Shown here one piece after another: positions 8,936 to 18,200 of a stretch of DNA of 63,745 bases. The stretch's first letter is position 1. Each line of letters starts with the position of its first letter. The stretch spans positions 1 to 63,745 of the forward strand of contig SHYO01000001.1 in the NCBI GenBank assembly GCA_009692745.1, given 5' to 3'. This DNA comes from Chloroflexota bacterium (GTDB lineage Bacteria > Chloroflexota > Anaerolineae > Epilineales > SHYO01). The notes below the pieces were generated by a model that was not told where the DNA came from, did not search any database, and worked only from the letters and a program-made list of their open reading frames with translations. The translations under genes and the position numbers were made by a program.

Positions 8936-10738
8936 TTACCTTCTGAGAAAGCGCCGCTCTAGTTCTGCCAGGCTGATGGTAAAGATAGCCGGCCGGCCAT
9001 GGGGGCAGGTAGCAGGAGACCAGATCCGCGCCAGATCGTTTAACAATAACTGCACCTGGCTCAAGTCCAGCGGATCACCGGCCTTGACGGCTGCCAGGCA
9101 GGCGCACCGCGCCGCCACGTGGCTGCGTAATATTTCCGGCGGTTCCTGGCGCCGCTGTTGTAATTCTGCCAGCAAACCCTCCAGGAAAGAGGGTAAACCG
9201 GCGACTGCCAGGGAAACTCCGCCAGGGGTTGCTGCTGCATCGCGCTGGGCCAGATCCATAGCAATACCGGCAATGGCTGCCGGGATACCCCGCACCATCA
9301 GGCTGGCCGGACCGAACGCTTCAATATCGAATCCCAGGTCGGCCAGCACTCCCAGGCTGTTGAGCACCGCTTCCACTTCCCGCTGGCTGAGCTCCCAGAT
9401 CCAGGCTTGTGACAAAGCATACGTCTGGCGATTGCGCAGTAAGTTTTCATACAGAATCTGTTCATGTGCCGCATGTTGGTCGGCCACCACCATACCGTGG
9501 GCATCCTGCGCCAGCAGATAGCTTTGGTGTAGTTGGCCGATAGCGCGCAGTGCATTGCCCCCGCTGTAAGCCGCTGCAGCCTCCTGGATCAGCGTGGGTT
9601 CCACCAGGTCCTGATTGAAGAGCTGCCAGATACGGCTATCTTCCCCCTGGTGAGGTTCTGTTCCTGGCGCGAGCGGAGTACCGCTTGGAAACTGCGCCAG
9701 GGCTTGCCCCACTGTCTGCTGTACCGCCCAGAACACGGCCCGTTCTTGCAGATAGCGGACTTCGGTTTTGCGCGGATGAATATTCACATCTACCAGGGTC
9801 GGGTCCATGTCCAGGTACAACAGGGCCAGCGGATTCCGGCCAGGGGGCAACCGCCCTGCGTAGGGGCGTTCCAGCGCCACAGCAAGCAAGCCCCCCCGCA
9901 CCGGCCGGCGATTGATAGCGAAAAATTGTCCGCCGCGCCCCGCCCGCGCCAGCGTGGGGCGGCTGATCAGCCCCTGGAAGCGTAAATCGAAGCCTTCATA
10001 GGAAATTTCCACCATCTCTCCCACGGTTTCTTGTCCCAACAGCATTCCGCAACGTTGTAACTGGGATGCTGGTGGTAGCTGCAACACTTCCCGCCGGTCG
10101 CATACCAGGCGAAACGCCACCTCAGGATAACATAAGGCATATCGTACCAGAGTCTCATGCACCAGCTCTTGTTCCCGCAGCGGCGATTTAAGAAACTTGC
10201 GCCGCACAGGGACCTGGGCAAATAGCGCGCTGACCGTAATGCTGGCGCCCCTGGGGGAGGCGGCCGGGTGTAGGGTCAGGGGAGGCCCTATGGTATGAAC
10301 CGCCGCTTGGGTTTCAAGTTGAGGCGCCACTTCATTAGATGACGCCGTCCAGGTGGATGGCAATGACCGGGCTATTGTGCCTTCCAGCTCGTCGTCGGTG
10401 CGGGTTAGCAGCTCTACTTGAGCCACGGCGCAAATGCTGGCCAGGGCTTCGCCGCGAAATCCCAGGGTGCGGATGCGTTGCAGATCTGCCAGATCTTGGA
10501 TTTTGCTGGTAGTGTGGCGTTGTAATGCCAGGGGTACCTCTTCCCGGCGCATGCCGCTGCCGTTATCGCTGACCCGTAGCCAACCCATGCCCCCGTCTTG
10601 CAGCTCTACCTGAATCATAGTGGCGCCTGCATCCAGGGCATTTTCGATCAGCTCTTTCACGATTGCGGCCGGCCGGTCGATAATCTCACCGGCGGCAATC
10701 TGGCGTACTACCTCCGGCGACAGGGGATGCAGTTTCAT
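8936..10738 (-). CDS. mutL: DNA mismatch repair protein MutL
   Basis: GHKL ATPase N-terminus QIAAGEIIDRPAAIVKELIENALDAGAT and C-terminal dimerisation region. ATG 10738 (MKLHPLSPEVV) preferred over the 10762 start of the longest ORF. Confidence 0.9.
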   Translation of the reverse strand: MKLHPLSPEVVRQIAAGEIIDRPAAIVKELIENALDAGATMIQVELQDGGMGWLRVSDNGSGMRREEVPLALQRHTTSKIQDLADLQRIRTLGFRGEALASICAVAQVELLTRTDDELEGTIARSLPSTWTASSNEVAPQLETQAAVHTIGPPLTLHPAASPRGASITVSALFAQVPVRRKFLKSPLREQELVHETLVRYALCYPEVAFRLVCDRREVLQLPPASQLQRCGMLLGQETVGEMVEISYEGFDLRFQGLISRPTLARAGRGGQFFAINRRPVRGGLLAVALERPYAGRLPPGRNPLALLYLDMDPTLVDVNIHPRKTEVRYLQERAVFWAVQQTVGQALAQFPSGTPLAPGTEPHQGEDSRIWQLFNQDLVEPTLIQEAAAAYSGGNALRAIGQLHQSYLLAQDAHGMVVADQHAAHEQILYENLLRNRQTYALSQAWIWELSQREVEAVLNSLGVLADLGFDIEAFGPASLMVRGIPAAIAGIAMDLAQRDAAATPGGVSLAVAGLPSFLEGLLAELQQRRQEPPEILRSHVAARCACLAAVKAGDPLDLSQVQLLLNDLARIWSPATCPHGRPAIFTISLAELERRFLRR

Positions 10739-10739
10739 A

Positions 10740-13700
10740 TCAGGATTCATCCCCTCTATCATCGACCGGATTAAAGGCCTGCTGGCGTAGCCGGTACTGT
10801 AAATCGTTGAGGGCCACTAAAGCCTGCACCGGCGTCAGATTGGCCACGTCCAGCCGGAGCAGATCCGCCAGGATAGGATATTCGCTAAACAGGGCCCGTC
10901 TGTCGGCTGGCTTTCTGGCAGGTGTGATCGTCGTGGGGGGGAGGATGGCTGCCTGCCCCTGCTGATTTTCCGTCTCTGGTGCATCATCCTGTTCCCGGCG
11001 GGAAGCGCCGGGGTGGGCTGGCGACCGGCTGTCCTGCTCAAAGCCGGCCAACAGGTGGCGCGCCCGGGCGATGACCGTGGCTGGCAATCCTGCCAGCCGG
11101 GCTACATGGATACCGTAGCTGCGATCCGTCCCACCAGGGATCACCCGGCGCAAGAAAGTTACTGTGCCCGACCCGGTTGGGCCGTCCTCTTCGCGCACTG
11201 CCATACTATAGTTGCGCGCGCCTTCCAGCGCTTCTTCCAGGCCGGTCAGTTCGTGGTAGTGGGTCGCGAAGAGCACCCGCGCCGCTACCTGGTCGTGGAG
11301 ATATTCTGCCACCGCCCAGGCCAGGCTCAGGCCGTCATAGGTGCTGGTGCCGCGCCCCACTTCGTCTAGAATTACCAGGCTACGGCTTGTGGCATGGCGT
11401 AGGATATGGCTGGTCTCGCTCATCTCCACCAGAAAGGTCGAATGTCCCTGAGAGATATCATCGGAGGCTCCGACGCGGGCGAAGATCCGGTCGGTCAAGC
11501 CGATGCGCGCCTGGCGCGCCGGTACGAAGCTGCCCACATGCGCCAACAAGACGATCAGCGCCACCTGGCGCACGTAGACGCTCTTGCCTGACATGTTGGG
11601 GCCGGTCAGGATGATCAGCCGTTGTGTTTCCCCGTCCATATAGGTATCATTGGGTATGAAGGGCTGGTGTGTTGCCCCCAGGGTATCTAGCCATCCCTCG
11701 GGTTGCCGCCGGCTGTCCAGCCCATCCTGGTCTATGTCGAAGGGTAAATTGCTGCCCAAGGACGCGGCCATCCCCGCCGATGGCTGTTTGCGCTCCACTA
11801 CCGGGTGGCGCCCCTCGAAAATCTCGATGATACCGGAGTCGTCTATTTGCGGGCAGGTATACCTTTGTTCGGCGGCCACTTCCGCCAGGCTCCCCAGGCA
11901 GTCCAATTCCGCCAGGATGCGGGTAGTCGCCTGAATCCGGCCAGACTGGGATGCCACATCGCCGCGGATTTGGCTGAACAAGGTATATTCCAGGTCATTG
12001 ATGCGCTCCTCGGCGGCCAGAATCTGCTCTTCCCGCGCCTTCAATGGGGGCACGGTGAAGCGTTCCGCGTGGCTGATAGTAGCGCGCCGTTCATATTCCG
12101 GCGGCAGCGCGTTTCCCTGGCTGCGCGCCACTTCGATAAAGAAGCCGAAGACCTCATTATAGCGCACCCGCAGGCTTTTAACCCCGGTGCGCTGCCGCTC
12201 CTGGCTCTCGAACTCTGCCAGCCATTGGCGTCCTGTTTTGATCACCTGCTGCAGCTCATCCAATTCGGCGCAGAAGCCCGGCCGGATTAGGCCGCCCTCC
12301 CGCACCAGGATAGGGGGGGTATCGACAATCGCGCGCCCGATCCCTTGCGAGACATCCTGCAATTCATCCAGCGCCAGGTGCAGCTCCACCAACCGGGGGG
12401 CCTGGGCCTGGGCCAACAATTTGCGGATGGCCGGCAAGCGCTCCAGCGATTGGTGCAGCGCCATCAAATCCCGCGCATTGGCATTTCCGAAACCGATGCG
12501 TCCCACCAGCCGCTCCATATCATACAAGCCATCCAAAGTGCGGCGCAGCTCGGCGCGGAAGAACGGGGCGCTGCTGCTGCCCTGTACCAATTCGGCCACG
12601 GCCTGTTGCCGCTTACGGATCTGCGCCAGGTCCAGCAGCGGTTGGGCCAGCCAGCGGCGCAACAGGCGGGCGCCCATGGCGGTGACCGTCTGGTTCAGCA
12701 CACTAAACAGGCTGCCCTGCGTATGCCCCTCCCGCAGCGTATGCGTCAGCTCCAGGTTGCGCCGCGTCACCTCATCCAGGTACATGTACTCGGAAAGGTC
12801 GTAGGTCCATAACTGCTTCAGGTGGGCCAGGTCGGAGATCTGGTTGGCCTTGAGGTAATAGAGCGCCATTCCGGCCGCTTTCTGGGCCAGGGGCAGGTGT
12901 TCGCAGCCGAAAGCTTCTAAACTCACAACCTGCAAATGGTCCAATAAAACCTGCCGCGCAAATTCGGCGTCCAGCGCAGCGTGTCTAGAGTTTTCGCGGA
13001 TTGCCGCCGCTGCGCCGGGAGGGGCGGGAACAGGGGAGAGGCGCGTGCTGACGCGCCCGTCAGCTTGGCGAATAGCTTGCAAGCGGGAGGTAAATTCCAC
13101 CTCTGCCAGCAGGTTCGCGGGCAGCACATATTCGCTGGGACGCAGCCGGTGCAGTTCCTCCCACAGGCGGTTGGCGGCCTCGGGCCCGCCGATCTGCGTG
13201 ACGCCAAATTCTCCGGTAGCCAGGTCGATCACAGCCAGGCCGTATTCTGCCGCGCCGGCCGTTGTGGCCGCGGAGACAATGGCTGCCAGGTAATTTTCAT
13301 TTTTGCCGCGCAGCAGGGCATCTTCCACCACCGTGCCGGGCGTGATCACCCGCACCACTTCCCGCCGCACCAGGCGCTTCACCTTCCTGGCGTCCTCGGT
13401 TTGCTCGACGAGCGCCACTTTATGGCCCCGGTCGATCAGTTTGCCGATATAGGAGGTGACATGCTGGTAGGGCACGCCGCACATCGGCAGCCGCACTTCG
13501 GCGTCGGAACGCTTGGCGAATTGGCGGCTGGTGAGGGTCAGACCCAATTCCCGCGAGACCATCTGGGCGTCCTGCTCGAACATTTCGTAGAAATCACCCA
13601 GGCGAAAGAGCAGGATAGCATCCGGGTACTGGCTCTTCAATTGGCGGTACTGCTGTAACATCGGGGTGGCTTTTTCCACCGCGCATCCTTCCTCATACAT
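10740..13700 (-). CDS. mutS: DNA mismatch repair protein MutS
   Basis: TPMLQQYRQLK...GDFYEMF mismatch-binding N-terminus and Walker A TGPNMSGKS. Start ATG 13700 (11 aa before TPM) or 13769. The stop abuts the mutL start. Confidence 0.9.
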   Translation of the reverse strand: MYEEGCAVEKATPMLQQYRQLKSQYPDAILLFRLGDFYEMFEQDAQMVSRELGLTLTSRQFAKRSDAEVRLPMCGVPYQHVTSYIGKLIDRGHKVALVEQTEDARKVKRLVRREVVRVITPGTVVEDALLRGKNENYLAAIVSAATTAGAAEYGLAVIDLATGEFGVTQIGGPEAANRLWEELHRLRPSEYVLPANLLAEVEFTSRLQAIRQADGRVSTRLSPVPAPPGAAAAIRENSRHAALDAEFARQVLLDHLQVVSLEAFGCEHLPLAQKAAGMALYYLKANQISDLAHLKQLWTYDLSEYMYLDEVTRRNLELTHTLREGHTQGSLFSVLNQTVTAMGARLLRRWLAQPLLDLAQIRKRQQAVAELVQGSSSAPFFRAELRRTLDGLYDMERLVGRIGFGNANARDLMALHQSLERLPAIRKLLAQAQAPRLVELHLALDELQDVSQGIGRAIVDTPPILVREGGLIRPGFCAELDELQQVIKTGRQWLAEFESQERQRTGVKSLRVRYNEVFGFFIEVARSQGNALPPEYERRATISHAERFTVPPLKAREEQILAAEERINDLEYTLFSQIRGDVASQSGRIQATTRILAELDCLGSLAEVAAEQRYTCPQIDDSGIIEIFEGRHPVVERKQPSAGMAASLGSNLPFDIDQDGLDSRRQPEGWLDTLGATHQPFIPNDTYMDGETQRLIILTGPNMSGKSVYVRQVALIVLLAHVGSFVPARQARIGLTDRIFARVGASDDISQGHSTFLVEMSETSHILRHATSRSLVILDEVGRGTSTYDGLSLAWAVAEYLHDQVAARVLFATHYHELTGLEEALEGARNYSMAVREEDGPTGSGTVTFLRRVIPGGTDRSYGIHVARLAGLPATVIARARHLLAGFEQDSRSPAHPGASRREQDDAPETENQQGQAAILPPTTITPARKPADRRALFSEYPILADLLRLDVANLTPVQALVALNDLQYRLRQQAFNPVDDRGDES

Positions 13701-14025
13701 AGTTGCAAGTTGGCCCCCATCCCAAGGATGGGCGGTTAGCAGGTTGAAGGTTAACTGCAGTGCCGGCATACTTTACAACCGGCCGGCGAACCAGTCAATC
13801 TGTAAATATAGAACAAATATTCCGTTAGATCAACTTGTGCCGGATGTGTGGTATAATCAGGGCAATCGCATCTAATTAGGCCGTCGCTCTACAGAACCGC
13901 CCTGGGAGCGCCCCGAACTCCGTTCGGCAAGCGTCTCGCTCGCATTGGGCGCACATGCGACCAGGAAATCCATTAAGTTGCGATTGGCCTGGTGGTATAA
14001 TGAAGGCAAACAGCAAGAGTGAGAC

Positions 14026-14862
14026 ATGGTGCGCAAACTGCAAGAAAGTAAAGTAGCTTATGCAGAGAGGCTGGGTCAGGTAGCAGCCCTGGCAGCTGAG
14101 TGCGCCGGCGACCTGGCGCTCTTTCTCTTTGGTTCCTACGCCACCGGGCAGACTACACCCCTGAGTGACCTCGATTTGGCGTATCTGCCTCTGAACAGCC
14201 TGTCTCAGCGGGAGATGCATGATCTGGATGTCAGCCTCTACCTGCGTTTAAGTCACATTCTGGCAAGCGACGATTTTAGCCTCATCAATCTACGCGAGGC
14301 GCCTGCCACTATAGCCTTCGCAGTGTTGACCCAGGGCAGATTGTTGGCGCCATCGGACCATCCGGCTTTGCAGGCATTTCGTGAGCGTATCTTCGCTCTC
14401 TACCCGGAAAGCCGCCGTCTGAAACAAGCTTGTCTACAGGTGGTTAACCATGAAAAAATTCTGGAGCAGCTTCACCGTCTAGATCTGGACTTGCACAAGC
14501 TGGAAAGTAAAATGCAGCTTACGGAAACCGCTTACCTGGCCGATAGCGATAGCCAGGATATCGTCGAGTGCCGTTTACAGACCGCCTGTGAAGCCTGCCT
14601 GAATATCGGCCACCATCTCATAGCCGCTCTGGGGCTGCAGCCGGCCGAGGAATATGCGACCATATTTCAGAGCCTGACGGCAGGCAGCATCCTGTCGCCG
14701 GCGGTAGCCGAGTCTATGGCCGATATGGCCCGCTTCCGCAACCTGCTGGTGCATCTATACTGGCGTATTGATGCGCGCCAGGTCTACCAATCCCTGCCGC
14801 AGCGCGTGGCCATATTGCGCGCTTTCACCGAAGAGATCATAACATACCTGGGATTGCTTTAA
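14026..14862 (+). CDS. Fused minimal nucleotidyltransferase (MNT) - HepT/DUF86 (HEPN) protein
   Basis: N-terminal GSYATGQTTPLSDLDLAYL (GS...DxD NTase motif). C-terminal FRNLLVHLYWRID carries the HEPN R-x4-H motif of DUF86. Confidence 0.75.
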   Translation: MVRKLQESKVAYAERLGQVAALAAECAGDLALFLFGSYATGQTTPLSDLDLAYLPLNSLSQREMHDLDVSLYLRLSHILASDDFSLINLREAPATIAFAVLTQGRLLAPSDHPALQAFRERIFALYPESRRLKQACLQVVNHEKILEQLHRLDLDLHKLESKMQLTETAYLADSDSQDIVECRLQTACEACLNIGHHLIAALGLQPAEEYATIFQSLTAGSILSPAVAESMADMARFRNLLVHLYWRIDARQVYQSLPQRVAILRAFTEEIITYLGLL

Positions 14863-14976
14863 AGCACAGTGAACCGATTCTGAGTGGCACGAGTATCTCC
14901 TTAATCCGTTCAATCTGTTCCAATAATCCGCTGTCAGCATTTTCCCTCCCCAATATGAGAATTTCGTGAGAACTGG

Positions 14977-15003
14977 CCGTATCTTTTCCCTACAACTTTC
15001 GTT
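14977..15003 (+). promoter_or_regulatory. CCGTATC-N16-CGTT motif copy C1 (ECF-type promoter candidate)
   Basis: ggCCGTATCtttt...ttCGTT with an exact 16-nt spacer, 199 nt upstream of the giant gene A ATG. Confidence 0.5.
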
Positions 15004-15102
15004 CTAGCACGTCGAAATACTATAACTATGTCCCTATATTCTTCTGTCCTGGCTATTGTGGATGCGAAGATGAGATTGGCATGAGAAATTCACCTCAGCA
15101 GA

Positions 15103-15129
15103 CCGTATCTAGTAGCGTTTTCTCGCGTT
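15103..15129 (+). promoter_or_regulatory. CCGTATC-N16-CGTT motif copy C2 (ECF-type promoter candidate)
   Basis: gaCCGTATCtagt...cgCGTT with an exact 16-nt spacer, 73 nt upstream of the giant gene A ATG. Confidence 0.5.
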
Positions 15130-15201
15130 CTGGCAGCACGAAGCACCTCCCGTCCTGGCGTGGTGCTGAGTCCCATTTGGCATTAAAGGAGGCCACCGTT
15201 C

Positions 15202-18200
15202 ATGATCCCCTCATCCGGTAAATCGAAGTTGTTTTCTCAAGTCGCTGATTCCGTATCTGCCACCCGGAAGATTTTGGGCCAGTGGAAGCCGCATCTACCA
15301 TCGCGTCGCACGATGTCAAAGATGCTATTTTTGGCTTCCCTGGCTCTGCTTGTTTTAGTGGGGCAGGCGCAGCCCGCTACCCAGGTTCATGCTCAAACAA
15401 ATTTATTCCAAATAATCTGGAGTGCTGACCCTCCGGTTTTTGCAACGGCCGGAAAACCGATCCTGGTCCGGGTGCAGGTCCAGGGTTTCCAAGCTAGCAA
15501 GCATTTTGATACTGCCAAGATTTTTACCGGCAGCGGTGGTCTCCCCTCTGCGTTGGGCACAGGGCCAGGCTTCTCTATTCCAGTCGGTAATTGTACGCCG
15601 GACCTGCCAAACAATGCAGAGACCTGTTCGAATTTCACCATTGAGACAAACGATCAATTTGGTTTCTATATTCTCTATAATATCCCTCCCGGTTGGGTGG
15701 GAGGCACGGATTTATCCCGAGATCTGAACACCTTTTTCCAGGCCCGCGGCGACTTAGCGATAGATTCGAACTATGCCGTGAACGTGGGCGCTTCGGCCGA
15801 CGTGGCCATCACCAAAATCGGCGCCCAACAGGCCCGCGCCGGGCAGCCCTTTACCTACAAGCTCGTGGTAGATAACTATGGCCCGTCGAATGCCCGTAAT
15901 GTGACCATCGAAGATGATATTCTCTCTTCACAGAATGTGACCTTGAATTCGGCGCCGGGTTGTACTGTGACCGGGGCTGGCGCGCAGCGCCATCTAAGCT
16001 GCGCACTAGGCACCATGACACCGAACGAGCGCATTACTATCGATGTGAGCGTGACCTCCAATGTTGATGCCATCATCAACAACACGGCTCAGGTTACGAC
16101 TACTGATCCCGATCCGGTGACCTTCAACAACAGCGCCCAGACGTTCACCGTCGTTTCCGCCGTGGCCGATTTGGCCGTGACCAAGACCAAGCAGAGCCCG
16201 GCCGGCAACCTCACCGCCGGCGGCAATGTCACCTATCGGCTTAGGGTCGACAACAATGGCCCTTCCTCCGCCGAAGGCGTGATCCTGGTAGATACGCTGC
16301 CGGCTTTTGCGCGGAACGTGACCTTCGGCGCCATCAGCGGCGGCGCCGGGTCTTGTATACCGGGCAACACGCCGATTACCCCGGCTACCTGTAACCTGGG
16401 TACCATCGCCAACGCTGGCTTCCGCCAGGTTGACGTCACCTTCCAGGTCGATCCCAGTATTCCCATCGACCCGGCCACCGGCGCTACCCTGTCCAACCAG
16501 GCGCAGGTCTTGAGTAATACTTTCGATCCCGATAACAGCAATAATTCTGACCAAGTCACGACCACCGTGGTGGGCTCTTCCGCCCTGTCGATGACCAAGA
16601 CCAGCGTGCCGGCAACGGTACACGCCGGTGACCTGTTCCACTACGATATCGTGATCAGAAACGCTGGGCCGTCCACGGCTTTTGACACCATCTTCCACGA
16701 TACCATACCCACGACGACCTTCCTGGTACTGAACGTCAGCCTGGCTTCGCCGCCTTTCTCGCCCTTCCCCAGTTGTACCATCGGGGTGGGCAACGGCCAG
16801 ATCGATTGTACCATCGGCGCCCTGGCGCCGGGCGCCACGGTCACCGGGACGATTAACCTGGTGGCCGCGGCCAGCGCCATCCCCGGTACGTACACCAACA
16901 ATGTCTTAGTCACCAGCCGCTCCGGTAGTGCGGTAGCTACTGCCCAAACCACGATCGACCGGCAAGCCGACCTGGAGATTACCAAGTTAGACGTACCCGA
17001 CCCGGCTACCGCCGGCTCGCGCATCGCCTATGCCATCACCGTCATCAACCGCGGTCCCTCCGATGCTCCGAGTGTCACCGTGGCGGATACGTTGCCGGCC
17101 GGCTTCACCTTTGCCGGCAGCACCGAGAACTGTACGGCCGGCGCCCCGGGCTTCAACTGTAACCTGGGCACCATCCCGGCCAACGGCTCGAGGAATTTCC
17201 TGGTCAACGTAGATATCGCCAGCAGTGTGGCGCCGGGTAATTTTACGAATTCCGTCACCACTGCCAGCAGTGCGCCCGAACCGAACCCTGATCCGCACTC
17301 CAACACCGCCACCCAGATCACCACAGTCCTGGGCAGCGCCGAACTGACCATGACCAAGTTGGCCAATCCGGTTGCGACCATCGTGGCGGGCACGAACTTC
17401 ACCTATACCTTGGTGGTCGATAACTTCGGTCCTTCCGACGCGCGCACCGTTACCGTAACTGATCTTCTGCCGCCGGAAGTGACTTTTGTCTCGGCCACAT
17501 CGACCTCCACGCCCGCCTTTATTTGTCCCCCCCCGGCTGGCAATAACCTGACCTGCACCCTCGCCACCCTGGCGGCTAACGGGCGGGCTACCATCGAGGT
17601 CGTGGTCAAGGCGAACCAGAACATTGCCTCGCCTTTCAACCCGATCCGCAACTGCGCCGAAGTGAACGCGGTGACCCCCGATCCCAACCGGGCAAATAAC
17701 CAGGCCTGCGCCTTCGTCACGCCGGCCAGCTTTGCCGACCTGGCGGTCTTCAAGAGCCATACGCCCGAGCCTGTGACGGCCGGCCAGAATATCACCTATA
17801 CCATCCGCGTCACCAATACCGGCCCCAGCGACGCCCACGGCGTGCTGGTGCAGGATATCCTGCCCGCCGGTGTGACCATCGATACCAAGCCGATTTTCTG
17901 CACCACCGAAGTAGTCTGTAACCTGGGCGATATTGCCGTGGGCCAGACGAAGGTCTTAACCATCTCGGTAGCGGCCAGCCAGTTCCTGCCCGCCGGCACC
18001 AAGCTACATAACGTGGCGCGGACCTTCAGCTCCAGCTTTGACCCGAACAACACCAACGATATCTATAACGATGTCGCCAACGTGATTACTACCGCTAACC
18101 TGTCGGCGCGGAAGATCGCCATCCAGCGTAATCAGTTTACTGAGACGATCTGCGGCACGCCCACGGGTTGTACAGTCAATGACATATTTGTCGCTGGCCA

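Noticed and set aside
13876-14220. 114-aa minus-strand ORF and other small ORFs in intergenic regions (6212-6403, 44190-44429, 44716-44922, 34299-34535)
   Set aside because: No RBS and no recognisable motifs. They overlap better-supported genes or regulatory DNA, and their composition is not protein-like.
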